64,000 nucleotides of DNA from Centroscyllium fabricii (lineage: Eukaryota), in the NCBI GenBank assembly GCA_051313645.2, contig JBNRSN020000005.1:303800001-303864000 (forward strand). Direction: 5' to 3'. The position numbers and the translations under genes were made by a program. Positions 1 to 11,934 of the stretch are shown piece by piece (position 1 is the stretch's first letter; every line of letters starts with the position of its first letter). The notes under the pieces are model-generated. The model was not told the DNA's origin, ran no database searches, and saw nothing but the letters and a program-made list of their open reading frames with translations.

Positions 1-440
1 TTGCAGCCACACAGCTTTGGTCTGCTGGGGAGGTTTCTTTCCTCCCAGAGGGTGGAAAGAGCACTTCCTTTCATGCTCAGGCTCCTTCCACCAGAGCATA
101 GAGCGAGTCATCATTAAAGCGTGGTGAGGCCTTGGGAATTGAAGTCGACAATGCACTAGCTCCAAAAAGTAGTTTTAACAGAAGCAAACACAAGCGTTTC
201 GGCACATAATGAACCAAGGCTGCTTGGAGCCCTTAAATGCAGCTGGAGAAATGACGTCATCAGAGGCGGGTTTCAGGCCCAAAAAGCTAATTGGGCCAGC
301 GGTTCGCACACGCTTGGAATCAATCGCCCAATTAGGGTAAAATCGCACTTTCCCCCCCCCCCCGACAGCGGAGACGGGATCGGGACCCGCCGACCGCCTA
401 ATCCACACCCAACCCACCACCAATGGCAAAAATCAAGCCC
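1..440 (-). mobile_element. Harbinger/PIF element end with degenerate Myb/SANT-like ORF
   Basis: Minus strand begins GGGCTTGATTTTTGCC at 440 (TIR style shared with other MITEs here). About 150->1 translates, with stops, to KASPRFNDDSLYALVEG..KEVLFPPSGRK..PPQQTKAVWLQ, resembling Harbinger Myb-like proteins. Confidence 0.55.
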
Positions 441-2490
441 TAGGTGTCTGTCTTCACGGAAGAAGATGCAAAAAACTTCCTGGAAATAGTGAAGTTCCAA
501 GGGTCTAGCGAGAATGAGGAACTGAAAGAAATTAGTATTAGTACAAAAGTAGTACTGGAGAAATTAATGGGACTGAAAGCTGATAAATCCCCTGGACCTG
601 ATGACCTACATCGTAGGGTTTTAAAAGAGGTGACTATAGAGATAGTGGATGCACTGGTTGTCATTTTCCAAAATTCCATAGATTCGAGAATGGCTCCCAT
701 GGATTGGAAGGTAGCAAATGTAGCCCCACTATTTAATAAAGGAGGGAGAGAGAAAATGGGGAACCACAGACCAGTTAGCCTCACATCAGTAGTAGGGAAA
801 ATGCAAGAATCTATTATTAAGGAAGTGGTAAAGGGCACTTAGAAAATAATAATAGGATTGGGCAGAGTCAACACGGATTTATGAAAGGGAAATTGTGTTT
901 GACAAATCTGTTAGAATGTTTGAGGTTGTAACGGGCAGAATAGATAAGGGGGAACCAGTGGATGTGATGTATTTGGATTTTCAAAAGGCATTCGATAAGG
1001 TGCCACACAAGAGGTTATTAAACAAAATTAGGGCTCATGGGATTGGGGGTAATATACTAGCATGGATTGAGGATTGGTTAACGGACAGAAAACAAAGAGT
1101 AGGAATAAACGGGTCATTTTCAGGTTGGCAGGCTGTAACTAGTGGAGTACCGCAAAGATCAGTGCTTGGGCCTCAGCTATTCACAATTGCCATCAATGAT
1201 TTGGATGAGGGTACCAAAAGTAATATATCCAAGTTCGCTGATGATACAAAGCTGAGTGGAAATGTAAGTTGTGAGGAGGATGCAAGGAGGCTTCAAGGGG
1301 ATATAGACCGGCTAAGTGAGTGGACAAGAACATGGCAAATGGAATATAATGTGGAGAAATTTGAAGTTATCCACTTTGGTAGGAAAAATAGAAAAGCAGA
1401 GTATTTTTTAAATGGTGAGAGATTGGGAAATGTTGGTGCTCAGAGGGACCTGGGTGTCCTTGTACACAAATCACTGAAAGTTAACATGCAGGTAGAGCAA
1501 GCAATTAAGAAAGCAAATGGTATGTTGGCCTTTATTACAAGATGATTTGAGTATAAGAGTAAAGACATCTTACAGGAATTATATAGGGACCTGGTGAGAC
1601 CATACCTGGAGTATTGTGTACAGTTTTGGTCTCCTTACCTAATGAAGGATATACTTGCCATAGAGGGAGTGCAACGAAGGTTCACCAGATTGGTTCCTGG
1701 GATGGGAGGATTGTCCTATGTGGAGAGATTGAGTAGAATCATAGAATAGAATAGAATCCCTACAGTACAGATAGAGGCCACTTCGGCCCATCGAGCCTGC
1801 ACCGACACATATCCCACCCTATCCCTGTAACCCCACATATTTTATCCCCCAACACTAAGGGTCAATTTATCATGGCCAATCAACCTAACCCGCACATCTT
1901 TGGACTGTGGGAAGAAACCGGAGCACCTGGAGGAAACCCACGCAGACACAGGAAGAATCTGCAAACTCCACACAGATAGTCACCTGAGGCCGGATTTGAA
2001 CCTGGGCCCCTGGCGCTGTGAGGCAACAGTGCTAACCACTATGCCACCATGCCGCCCAAGAGACTAGGCCTATATTCTCTTGAGTTCAGAAGAATGAGAG
2101 GTGATCTCATTGAAACATACAAAGTTCTTACAGGGCTTGATAGGATAGATGCGGGGAGGATGTTTCCCCTGGCTGGGGAGTCTAGAACCAGGGGTCACAG
2201 TCTCAGAGTAAGGGGTCGGCCATTTAGGACTGAGATGAGGAAATATTTCTTCACTCAGAGGGTGGTGAATCTATGGAATTCTCTACCCCAGAGGGTTGTG
2301 GAGGCTCAGTCGTTGAGTATATTCAAGACGGAGATCGATAGATTTTTGAATATTAAGGGAATCAAGGGATATGGGGAAAGTGCACGAAAGTTGAGATGAG
2401 GTAGAAGATCAGCCATGATCTTATTGAATGGCGGAGCAGGCTCGAAGGGCCAAATGGCCTACTCCTGTTCCTATTTCTTATGTTCTTATG
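441..2490 (+). mobile_element. CR1 LINE, 5'-truncated ORF2 (RT) and 3' tail, degenerate
   Basis: KSPGPD, YLDFQKAFDKVPH, SKFADDTK motifs; several stops; tail ...cctactcctgttcctatttcttatgttcttatg; interrupted by a SINE at about 1738-2057. Confidence 0.95.
1738..2057 (-). mobile_element. HE1/V-SINE-type tRNA-derived SINE
   Basis: Minus-strand head ggtggcatagtggttagcactg...ggttcaaatcc (A/B boxes), V-core gtgtctgcgtgggtttcctcc, CR1-like tctattcta tail. Confidence 0.85.
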
Positions 2491-2625
2491 AGCACAGGGG
2501 TGATGGGTGAACAGGACTTGGTGCAAACTAGGACATGGGCAGCCGAGTTTTGGATGACCTCAAGATTACGTAGGGTAGAATGTGGGAGGCCAGCCAGGAG
2601 TGTGTTGGAATAGTCAAGTCTAGAG
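2491..2625 (-). mobile_element. L2 LINE fragment
   Basis: SRLDYSNTLLAGLP..LEVIQNSAAHVL..SPITPVL, typical L2 ORF2 C-terminus. Confidence 0.75.
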
Positions 2626-2627
2626 GC

Positions 2628-2965
2628 CATCAAAAGATCATCATGCTTGTATGTGCCAGGTTCCCAGGGAGCTGTCATGACTCATCCTGTGCCAGTCTAT
2701 GCTCTTCGTATTTCCAAACAGACTTACTGGCTGGCTGCTTGGAGACAAAGTCTATCCACTGAAGGCATGGCTGGTGACACCCTTGAGAAGGGCAAACAAT
2801 GAGGCCGAGGAGCATTATAATGGAAGCCACACGTCCACCAGATGTGTCATAGAGCAAGCAATTGGCATGCTGAAGATGCACTTCAGATGCCTTCACAGAT
2901 CTGGAGGAGCCCTTCAGTACGCACCAGCCAGGGTCTCCAGAATTATCGTCATATGCTATGCTTTG
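2628..2965 (+). mobile_element. Harbinger (HARBI1-like) DDE transposase fragment, frameshifted
   Basis: [12 protein letters not shown] ... [16 protein letters not shown] ... [35 protein letters not shown]. Confidence 0.85.
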
Positions 2966-3459
2966 GGGCATCCTGAGGTTGTGAAAGGTGTTATATAAAT
3001 GCAACTCCTTTCCTTTCATTTAACATTCATTTTAATTATCTTCAATTGGGTTTTGTGTGACTACTAATCATTACTACTGTTTGTTTCTTTGTGTCTTTTA
3101 AAATCTTTCTATATTGTCTCATGTTATTTTGATTTTTTGCGTTTTTGTCACATTTCAAGATTTTTGCCTATTTGGTCTGAGAGGGATTTTGAGTTAATTT
3201 ATATTATGATCGACGTATTAAGTTAAATGTGGCCTACAAGAGCTTAACGTCTAGCAATACACATGCTAATTAACAATACACAAGCTATCTGGAAATGTTG
3301 ATTTGGCCCATTAGCTGGGACCAAATGAAGTGCCTAACAGATTTGTGCTTCTCACATAGAAAGAAAAATGCATCTCACAGTCAACAAAATATTTTTGAAA
3401 TGTAATGACTGTTGTAAATGTATCCAAATGTGGCAGCTAATTTGTATACAGCAAAGACC

Positions 3460-3930
3460 CTTGAACTTGAGTTCATCCAAAACTCTGCTGCCCGTATCTT
3501 AACTCGCACCAAGTCCCGTTCACCCATCACCCCTGTGCTCGCTGACCTACAGTGGTTCCCGGTCTGGCAATGCTTTGATTTAAAAATGCTCATCCTTGTT
3601 TTCAAATTCCTCCATGGCCTCGCCTCTCCCTATCTCTGTAACCTCCTCCAGCCCTACAACCCTCTGAGATCTCTGCGCTCCTCCAATTCTGGCCTCTTGA
3701 GCATCCCCGATTTTCTTTGCTGCCTTGAGCTGCTTAGGTCCTAAGCTCTGGAATTGTTCTCTAAACCTCTCCACCTCTCACTCTTGTTTTAAGCGGCTGC
3801 TTAAAACCTGCCTCTTCGACCAAGCTTCCTGTTCTAATATCCCTTTATGTGGCTCGGAGTCAATTATTGTTTGATAATCACTCCAGTGAAGTGCCTTGGG
3901 ACGTTTTACTATGTTAAACGCACTATAAAA
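3460..3930 (+). mobile_element. L2 LINE 3' end
   Basis: LEFIQNSAARILTRTKSRSPITPVLADLQW.. and L2 tail gtgaagtgccttgggacgttttactatgttaaacgcactata. Confidence 0.85.
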
Positions 3931-3941
3931 ATGCCTATAGT

Positions 3942-4660
3942 TTGGTACATGGTACATACTCATGTAACTCGACCAATGTTGTCTACCTCATACGTTGCAG
4001 GAAAGGATGCCCCGGGGCATGGTACATCGGCGAGACCATGCAGACACTACGACAATGGATGAACGGGCACCGCGCAACAATCGCCAGGCAGGAGTGTTCC
4101 CTTCCAGTCGGGGAACACTTCAGCAGTCAAGGACATTCAGCTTCCGATCTTCGGGTAAACATTCTCCAAGGTGGCCTTCGAGACACACGACAACGCAAAA
4201 TCGTCGAGCAGAGGCTGATAGCCAAGTTCCGCACCCATGAGCACAGCCTCAACCGTGATATTGGATTCATGTCGCGCTACATGTGACCCCGCCTGACGTA
4301 GAGTCATCCAGACTCGAATCATCTTTGGCTTGTTCTGCGATTTTCAGTAAGAAAAATCCTTGTTTTTAAAAATCATTCTGTGGGATTTTCAAGGACAGCA
4401 GACTGTAACATTTGACCCTTTGTGACTGCACCCTTTGATCTCAGGCTGACTGATATGTTAGAACACCTTTGTTGCTTTGATGTCCCTCAGCTGAGGTGTG
4501 ATGTGAAACAGTTGGAGAGCTCACATTGTTCTCTCTCTATATATGTGCTATGTTTAAATGAATCTCGACACTTCACCTGAGGAAGGAGCAGCGCTCTGAA
4601 AGCTTGTGATTTAAAATAAAACTGTTGGACTATAACCTGGTGTTGTGTGACTTCTTACAA
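3942..4660 (+). mobile_element. Penelope-like element 3' part: GIY-YIG endonuclease (3942-4286) plus pLTR
   Basis: VVYLIRC..C...YIGET..LR.R.NGH...GEHF...H...EQRLI.KFRT..GLN pattern; terminal aataaaactgttggactataacctggtgttgtg. Confidence 0.9.
4573..4609 (+). ncRNA. Minimal hammerhead ribozyme motif in Penelope pLTR
   Basis: CTGAGGA (4577-4583), stem II GGAGC/GCTCT, GAAA (4598-4601), palindromic AAGCTT, TCAC/GTGA stem I. Confidence 0.6.
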
Positions 4661-5439
4661 TTATAAAAATGCAAGCTGTTGTTGTTGTCTCACAAATATA
4701 GTAATGAGATAATTGACCAGATAATCTGTTTTGGTAGCATTGGCTGAGGGATAAATATTGGCTAAATACCATTCCTCTGTTAATTTGGTAATTGTTGCAC
4801 CCCTTTTACACCCCTTTTACAACAGAAAAACAGGTCCATCTCATACCAATTTCTACCCTGGGTCTCCTCCCTCCAGACTAATAGAGTGAGTCACCGCTTG
4901 CAGCCGCTGTAAAGCCATAGGTGAAATGAGTTTGGGTAATCGCAAACCATTTGCAACTGAACGTGGACCAGAAATACAAAATGGTTTAAAATTAATTGGC
5001 TTCGGGATGCCATAAGGATGGGTAATGTGGAAAATGTCATACTTTTGCATTTGGGAATGCGCTAAGGTTGCGGTTAAGAAACGTTATTGCAGGAAGTTGA
5101 GGAAGCTTTGATCTACATTTGACTTGTACTATACCTAACCTGAGAGTGCTTCGCGTTGGCACTGTGTATGCAAAACAGAAATAGTATCCCTAACTTTAAT
5201 GACCCAAAAATTCAGCACAAATAATGTATAGATTAAAAAAATTAAAGACATTAAAGAAAGCGAGCAGTGAGAAAGGTAAAGGAGCAAGAAAGGTAGACAT
5301 AAGTAGGATAAGGGAGACAAGGAGCGAGCTAGAGAGGAGATTAGCGAGGGAAAGAGATGCAAGAACCAGAAGGTAAATCTGACAGCTGGAAGAAGGTAAT
5401 TCTCTGCGCCCATGCAGGCAATGTGGATCCTCACCTGCC

Positions 5440-5672
5440 ACCAGGTTGATTGGCCATGATAAATTGACCCTTAGTGTGAGGGGGATTGAATATGTGGGGT
5501 TACAGGGATAGGGTGGGATGTGTGTCGATGCAGGCTCGATAGGGATATGGGGAGAGGGCAGGGGCGGGGTACTGGGTTTGGATGATCAGCCATGATCTCG
5601 TTGAATGGCGGAGCAGGCTTGAAGGGCCGAATGGCCTACTCCTGCTCCTAGTTTCTATGTTTCTATGTTTCT
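5440..5672 (+). mobile_element. 3' part of HE1-type SINE with CR1-derived tail
   Basis: ggttgattggccatgataaattgacccttagtg...gggccgaatggcctactcctgctcctagtttctatgtttcta. Confidence 0.75.
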
Positions 5673-6076
5673 ACCACTGCACATCAGAAAATCGTGGGCA
5701 CGTTGCCTCCAAATTTCCAACGCGCAATGGCAGTGGGTAAGGTTCCTGTTGCTGATTCATATTTGGAACATTTAGGCTAGGGTATGACATTGGGTTACAA
5801 TTTTTTTTGCGTTATCATTTAGTGATAAGTATTAAATACTTCCAGAAGTGAAGCATATTCCGGGACAATTAAGTGGAGTCCCTGCAAAGCCAAAGCCATT
5901 CCAGCTGTGGGACAACCCACTGTTGGAATCAACACTTGTGGCAAAAAATAGATTCTAAACAATGACGACCTGTTTCCCTCCTACAAGTACAGTTGATGTT
6001 ACGTCTTAAAAAAATAATAATGCAATGTAATCCGTGGAAACTATAACAATTGATATAAATGACTGAACTACTTTAC

Positions 6077-6232
6077 CTTCTGAGTCCATCTGACAATCAT
6101 GGAAGGCCCCCCTGTCCCCATGATATAGCAATTCTCTTATAATAATGGCAAAACTATACACGTCTCCTTTTTGTGTTCCGTTGAACGGGTATTCATTGAG
6201 TCGCAGCAGTTCTGGAGCAGTCCAGTATAGCT
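6077..6232 (-). CDS. GUCY2G: Receptor guanylyl cyclase exon, kinase-homology domain ([36 protein letters not shown]...)
   Basis: gcAG|AG...GAAG|GTAAAG; 156 nt, phase 1/1; WTAPE and GDVYSF motifs. Confidence 0.9.
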
Positions 6233-6328
6233 CTGCCAGAAGACAAATTGGATACATGTGGAAAATAGATAGCAAATTCCTCAAGGCAAGCTTTCTCTTA
6301 ACTACTGTTTAACAGTGATTGAAGGTAC

Positions 6329-6497
6329 CGTCATAGTTCATGGCTTCCGCAGTCATTACTTTCCTTTTGATTCCATATCGAAGCTCCCATAGGCCAAATC
6401 CTGATATCTTTACTTGCATCCGACTGTCTATCAGACAAGTTGTAGGTTTTAAATTACCATGAGACTTCAGCGGACTATCGTGTAAAAATATCATTCC
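6329..6497 (-). CDS. GUCY2G: Receptor guanylyl cyclase exon ([38 protein letters not shown]...)
   Basis: tAG|GGA...GACG|GTACC; 169 nt, phase 0/1; HGNLK and GFG pseudokinase motifs. Confidence 0.92.
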
Positions 6498-6661
6498 CTA
6501 TATTAAAATGCAAAAACATCATTAGCTTCAATATTACCTTTTCGCCTGGCTTTGCTCTGAGATATTTACTACAACAGTTACATTTAATTATGATAAGCAA
6601 CGTTGAACCTGAGAATATCTAAGGCAAGATCCAAAGTTGTAACAACAAAATACCAGTTCGA

Positions 6662-7921
6662 AATCATAGAAACTTACAGCACCAAAGGAGGCCATTTGAC
6701 CCGTCGTGCCTGTGCTGGCCCTAGAAAGAGCAGTCGTGCTTAGTCCCACATCCCCGCTTTTTGTCCGTAACCCTGTAAGTTCCTCATCCTCAAGGACCTG
6801 CCCAACTCCATTTTAAAATTATTTATGGAATCGGCTTCCACTACCTTTTCAGATAAAGCGCTCCAGATCCCGACAGCTCTCTGAGTGAAAACATTTCTCC
6901 TCATCTTCCCTCGAGATCTTTTGCCAATGATTTCGAATCTATGACCTCTGGTTATTGACCCACTCGCCGGAGGGAATAGTTTTTCTCTCTCGACTCTATC
7001 AAAACCTCTCGTCATCCTGAAACCATCTATTAATCCACCTCTTAACCTTCTCTGTTCCAAGGAGAACAGTCCTAACTTTTCCAACCTCTCCTCATAGCTG
7101 AGGTCCCTCATCCCTGGTCACATCCTGGTAAACCTCCTCTGAACCCTTTCTAAGGCCTTTATATCTTTCCTGAAGTATGGGGCCCAGAATTGTCCACAAT
7201 ACTCCAGCTGAGGCCTAACTAGTGATTTATAAAGTTCTAACATGATCTCTTTGTTTTTATATTCTATTCCTCTATTTAGAAACTCCAGTAACCCATATGC
7301 TTTTTTAGCCACCTTATCGACTTGCTGTGCTGTCTTTAAGGATTTGTGTATATGGTCACAGAGAGCTGTGGAAGCTACTACTTTGAATAATTTTAAAACA
7401 GAGATAGACAGTTTCCTGGGAGAAAAGGGAATTAGGGGTTATGGTGAGCGGGCAGGCAAGTGGACGTGAGGATAGGTTCAGATCGGCCATGTGATCTCCT
7501 GGACCAGTTTTCGATCGCCTAGATGGGTCGGAGAGGAATTTCCCAGATTTTTTCTCCCAAATTGGCTACTGGTTTTTTTATCTGGTTTTTCGCCTCTCCC
7601 GGGTGATCACATGTGTTTGGGTGGGGTGGAGAGTTAAAATAAAATTGAGGTTGGGATCAGATCAGCCATGATCTTGTTGAATGGCGGAGCAGGCTCGAGG
7701 GGCCGATTGGCCTACTCCTGCTCCTATTTCTTATGTTCTTATGTTCTTATGTCACCATGGTCTCTCTGCTTATCTGCACTTTTCAAAATTGTGCCATTTA
7801 TAGTATACTATCTTCCAATATTAGTCCTTCCAAAGTGCATCACTTTATACTTCTCCGCATTGAACTCCATCTGCCATGCTTCTGCCCATTTCACCATCCT
7901 GTCCATGTCATCCTGAAGTCT
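6662..7921 (-). mobile_element. CR1 LINE 3' fragment with a nested plus-strand CR1 tail (about 7358-7750)
   Basis: Minus ORFs YKSLVRPQLEYC..LERVQRRFTRM, YEERLEKLGLFSLE; internal plus-strand tail ending cttatgttcttatg. Confidence 0.85.
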
Positions 7922-7924
7922 ATG

Positions 7925-8500
7925 CGGGAAAAATTCAGTTGTTTGCGTCTCCCGTTAGTGCCTTAAGAGGGCGCTAAAGGGGCACAAAGCAACTAACGGC
8001 TGGGGCACGGCGATGTTTAGCGCCGCTCGCAAAATTGACTAGACATTTTGCAGCGGCGCTAAACACTAATGCCGCAATCTCCAGCGGCAGCAGATTGTGA
8101 CGTCATTCGAGTGTGCAACGCCCCGGTAGCACCCTGGACCGGATATTGAGTGGCGTCCCCTGCCTTACCGCCTGCCGCTAACAACGACAGGGTGAGGGGA
8201 GCGTTCTGCAGTCAGAAAGGGACTGGGGGAGCGCTATTTAAAGGTGACTGCTTCCTGCCTTTTTCTGTTGGTGACATTTATGCACCACGCATTCTGAGAG
8301 AGTGAGAGAGAGACTTGTGGAGAGATTCAACACTGTGTGAAGGAGTTTTGGGTACTGAGCAGCACTTTGCAGGTTCATTTTGATTTGCCCTTCCTTGTAT
8401 CGATTTAGAACAGAATGTGGGGGCTGCACTCTCAACTCTTTCCCTGGGTCTCTCCATTGTTCTTCCCAGCAGATTTGATGTACCTGTCTCTCCAGGCCGA
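7925..8500 (-). mobile_element. Partial Harbinger-type MITE (same family as 10127-10997)
   Basis: 7926-8150 is the reverse complement of about 10790-10997 (gggaaaaattcagttg...). Confidence 0.65.
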
Positions 8501-8559
8501 AATTCAAGGCTGCAAGGAGCAGGATGTGGATGGAGAACAAGATCAACCCTCCCCTTTAA

Positions 8560-9750
8560 GATAAAAACAGAAAATGCAGGTGAAACTCAGCAGGTCAAGC
8601 AGCATCTGTGAAGAGAGAAACAGAGTTAACGGGGGGGATTTTGCCGGAAGTGCGGGAACCTGGCGGGGATTGGTCGGGGCGGGTTCCTGTCCCGCCCGCC
8701 CAAAGACCTGGGAAGCCCATGCAATTTTAATTTAATTGAGTTGTTAAATCCCCGCCAGCGGCAGCGAGTGTTACTTGACTCAATCGAGTCAGGCTGCAGC
8801 GGGGCTGCGAGGAGCTTGATTGACAGTTCCAGCACTGGTTGTTGACAGTTCCCATGGAAACACTCCACTGTGACATCACAGTCGAGTGGAACCAATGGGA
8901 AAGGTCAAGTGCTGGTGACTGACAGGTGGGCGGGCGGGCTCCGAATCCTTGACAGCTCGCACCGGCTGTGAGGAAATGTGCAAAGCTGAGATTTCTCAGT
9001 TTTTGCCCACAGCTGGTGCAACCACCACGGAGTAACTTACTCCTCTAAGGTTCTGGAGTCATGCCAATCATTTGGCAGCATGTCCTTTACATCTTGAAGG
9101 AGAAAGTAATGACCAGCGCTGTGCTCCCGCTGGGTTTCACCCAGCAGGGTTTAAGGTGATGGGGTTAGGGTGGGAAATGGCTCAAAATGGCTGCGGGCCC
9201 TTAAAATGGCATTAAACATGCTAATTAAGGGCCCTTAACGAGGTGACAACCCATCCCCGCCGGCCGCCGGACGGGGACATGAAATTCCCCCCCAACGTTT
9301 CAGGTCAATGACCTTTCATCAGAACTGGAAAATGTTAGAGATGTAACAAGTTTTAAACAAGTACAGAGACAGGGAAAGCAGGGACAGGAGGAAAGAATAA
9401 AAGGGAAGGTCTGTGATAGGGTGAAAGGCAGGAGAGATTAAATGACAAAAGGGATGATGGTGCAAGGCAAAAGGAGATGGTAACGGAAGTCAAGAAACAA
9501 AAGAAGGCTCTAGAGGAGGTGTAAATGGAAATATCAGAATCATTAGCAACAGCTGCCATCCAAAAAAATGGGGGCAGAGGTTATGATCTGCAATTGTTGA
9601 ACTCCGTGTTGAGTCCAGAAGGCTGCTCGGTGCCCACGAGAAAGATGAGGTACTGTTCCTTGAGCTTGCGTTGAATTTCATTGGGACAGTGTAGGATGCT
9701 GAGGACAGAGAGGTCAGGGTGGGAGTAAGGCGGAGAATTAAAAAGGCAGG
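8560..9750 (-). mobile_element. Penelope-like element 3' end, split by a MITE
   Basis: Minus translation CPNEIQRKLKEQYLIFLVGTEQPSGLNTEFNNCRS*; hammerhead core CTGATGA..GAAAC at 9322-9297; continues at 8630. Confidence 0.75.
8631..9293 (+). mobile_element. Harbinger-type MITE, family G (poly-G TIR)
   Basis: GGGGGGGATTTT...GAAATTCCCCCCC, 3-bp TSD AAC; homologous to 22373-23199 and 54644-55466. Confidence 0.8.
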
Positions 9751-9842
9751 TGAGTAGAACTATACTGTGTCTATATTATCAGTATAAAGTGTTGCAACGT
9801 TTTCTTGAATTAACCAGCATCACTAAAACAGATTATCTGTTC

Positions 9843-11925
9843 AGAGAAGAGATAGTTCAGGTACAATCTAGGCCTATTCCTTTCAAGGGAAAAGGTAGAG
9901 CATTCAAAGCTAATGCGCCCTGGATGACAAAGGAAATAAAAGTTAAAATAAAACAGAAAAAGGAGGCTTATCACAAATGTCAGGAGAAAGATTTGTTAAT
10001 AATCAGGAAGATTATGGAAATTACAGGAGGGAATTGAAAAAGCTAATACGGGAGACAAAGACAGGTTACAAGAAAAGATTAGCAGGCAATATTAAGTTGA
10101 GCCCTAAACCATTTTATAAACATAAAGGGGGAGAAATTCGGCATCGCCCCGCTTGGGCGCAATTATCGGCCGGTCGTAAAGTTTAGCGCCTGGCGCTAAT
10201 TATCGCCTCCAACTGCAAACTTGGCTTAGGAGGTGATTGGAGCGCTAAATCAGGTGCTACATACCTCTTTTAAGGTGCTAATGCCGAGGAGTGAGGTGCT
10301 ACCTCAGAGCGCTGGCGAAGCTCATGTGATGTCAGTCAGCAATGAAACACAGACGCACTGGCGCCGGCCAGTTCTTAAAGGGGAGGGTCGATCTTGCTCT
10401 CCATCCACACCCTGCTCATTGCAACCTTGAATCTCGGCCTGTACATCAAATCTGCTGGAAAGAATAATGGCGAGGCCCAGGGAAAGAGCTCAGAGTGCAG
10501 CCCCCACAGTCTCTTCTAAATTGATGCAAGGAAGATCAAATGAAAATTAACCTGCAAAGTGTTGCTCAGCACCCAAAGCTCCTTCACACAGCTTTGAACC
10601 TCTCCAGAAGTCTCTCTCTCTCTCTCAGAATGCGTGGTGCAAAAATGTCGCCTTCAAAAAAATGGCAGGAAGCGGTCGCCTTTAAATAGTGCTTCCCCAG
10701 TCCCTTCCCAACTGCAAACGTTCCCCGCAACCTGTTGTTGTTAGCAGCAGGCGGAAAGGCAGGTGGTGCCACTCAATATCCAGTCCAGGGCGCTACCGGG
10801 GTGTTGCACACTTGACTGATATCACGATCTGCGGGTGCAGGAGGTCGTGGCGGTAATGTTTAGCGCTGCCGCAAAATGTCTGGTCAATTTCGCGAGCGGC
10901 GCAAAAATCACCGCGCCCAGGTGCTAGTTGCTTTGCACCCCATTAACGTCCACTTAGAGCACTAACAGGAGGCACAAAGCAACTGAATTTTTCCCCCATA
11001 AAGTGTAAGTGGTTCACTGGAGAAAGGTTGAGCCTATTAAGGACCCAAAGGGAAACCTTCATGTAGAGGCAGAGGACATGGCTAAAGTATTAAATGAGCA
11101 CTTTGCATCTGTCTTCACAAAGGAAGCGGATGGTGTGAAGGTTACACTGAAAGACGAGAGGCAAGTTATGGACAGGATAGCAATAGATAGAGAAAATGTC
11201 CTAAAAGATTAGCATTACTGAAAGTCGGTAAGTCACCTGGTCCAGATGGAATGCATCCTAGGTTGCTGAAAGAAACCAAGATAGAAATAGCAGAGGCATT
11301 GGTCACACTCTTTCAATCCTCATTGGAAACAGGCGTAGTGCCAGATGACTGGAGGGTTGCTAATGTTATAACTATTCAAGAAAGGGGAGTGGGATAAACC
11401 AGGAAACTACAGGCCAGTTAGCCTGACATCGGTGGTAAGGAAGTTATTGGAAACCATTATCAGAGATAAAATAAACTTTCATTTGGAAAGGCATGGTTTA
11501 TCCAGGAGAGCCAGCATTGATTTGTTCAAGATAAATCATGTCTAACTAACTTGAATGAATTCTTTGATGAGGTAACAGAGAAAGTTGATCAAGATAGTGC
11601 AGTAGATGTTGTATATATGGACTTTCAGAAGGCATTCAACAAAGTGCCACACAGGAGGCTTATTAAGAAGATGCAAGTCCATGGAATTAAGGGGAAAGTG
11701 GCAGTATGAATACAAACATGGCTTAGTGACAGGAAGCAAAGGGTGAGGGTGGAGGGATGTTTTTTAGACTGGGAGGTGGTTTGCAGTGGTGTTCCCCAAG
11801 GGTCAGTTTTGGGTCCATTACTGTGTTTCAATTTTTATAAGCGACATAGACTCAGGTGTAGGGAGCAGCATTACAAAGCTGGCAGATGATACTAAACTTG
11901 GCAAAGTAGTAGATACTGACAATGA
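9843..11925 (+). mobile_element. CR1 LINE ORF2 fragment, degenerate, interrupted by a MITE
   Basis: APWMTKEI, LNEHFASVFT, KSPGPDGMHPR, YMDFQKAF, KLADDTKLG. Confidence 0.85.
10127..10997 (+). mobile_element. Harbinger-type MITE, complete copy
   Basis: GGGGGAGAAATTC...GAATTTTTCCCCC termini interrupting CR1 coding sequence. Confidence 0.75.
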
Positions 11926-11934
11926 TAGTTATAG

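Noticed and set aside
1990-2050. tRNA genes (also about 13065-13135 and 23570-23630)
   Set aside because: tRNA-derived SINE heads followed by SINE bodies.
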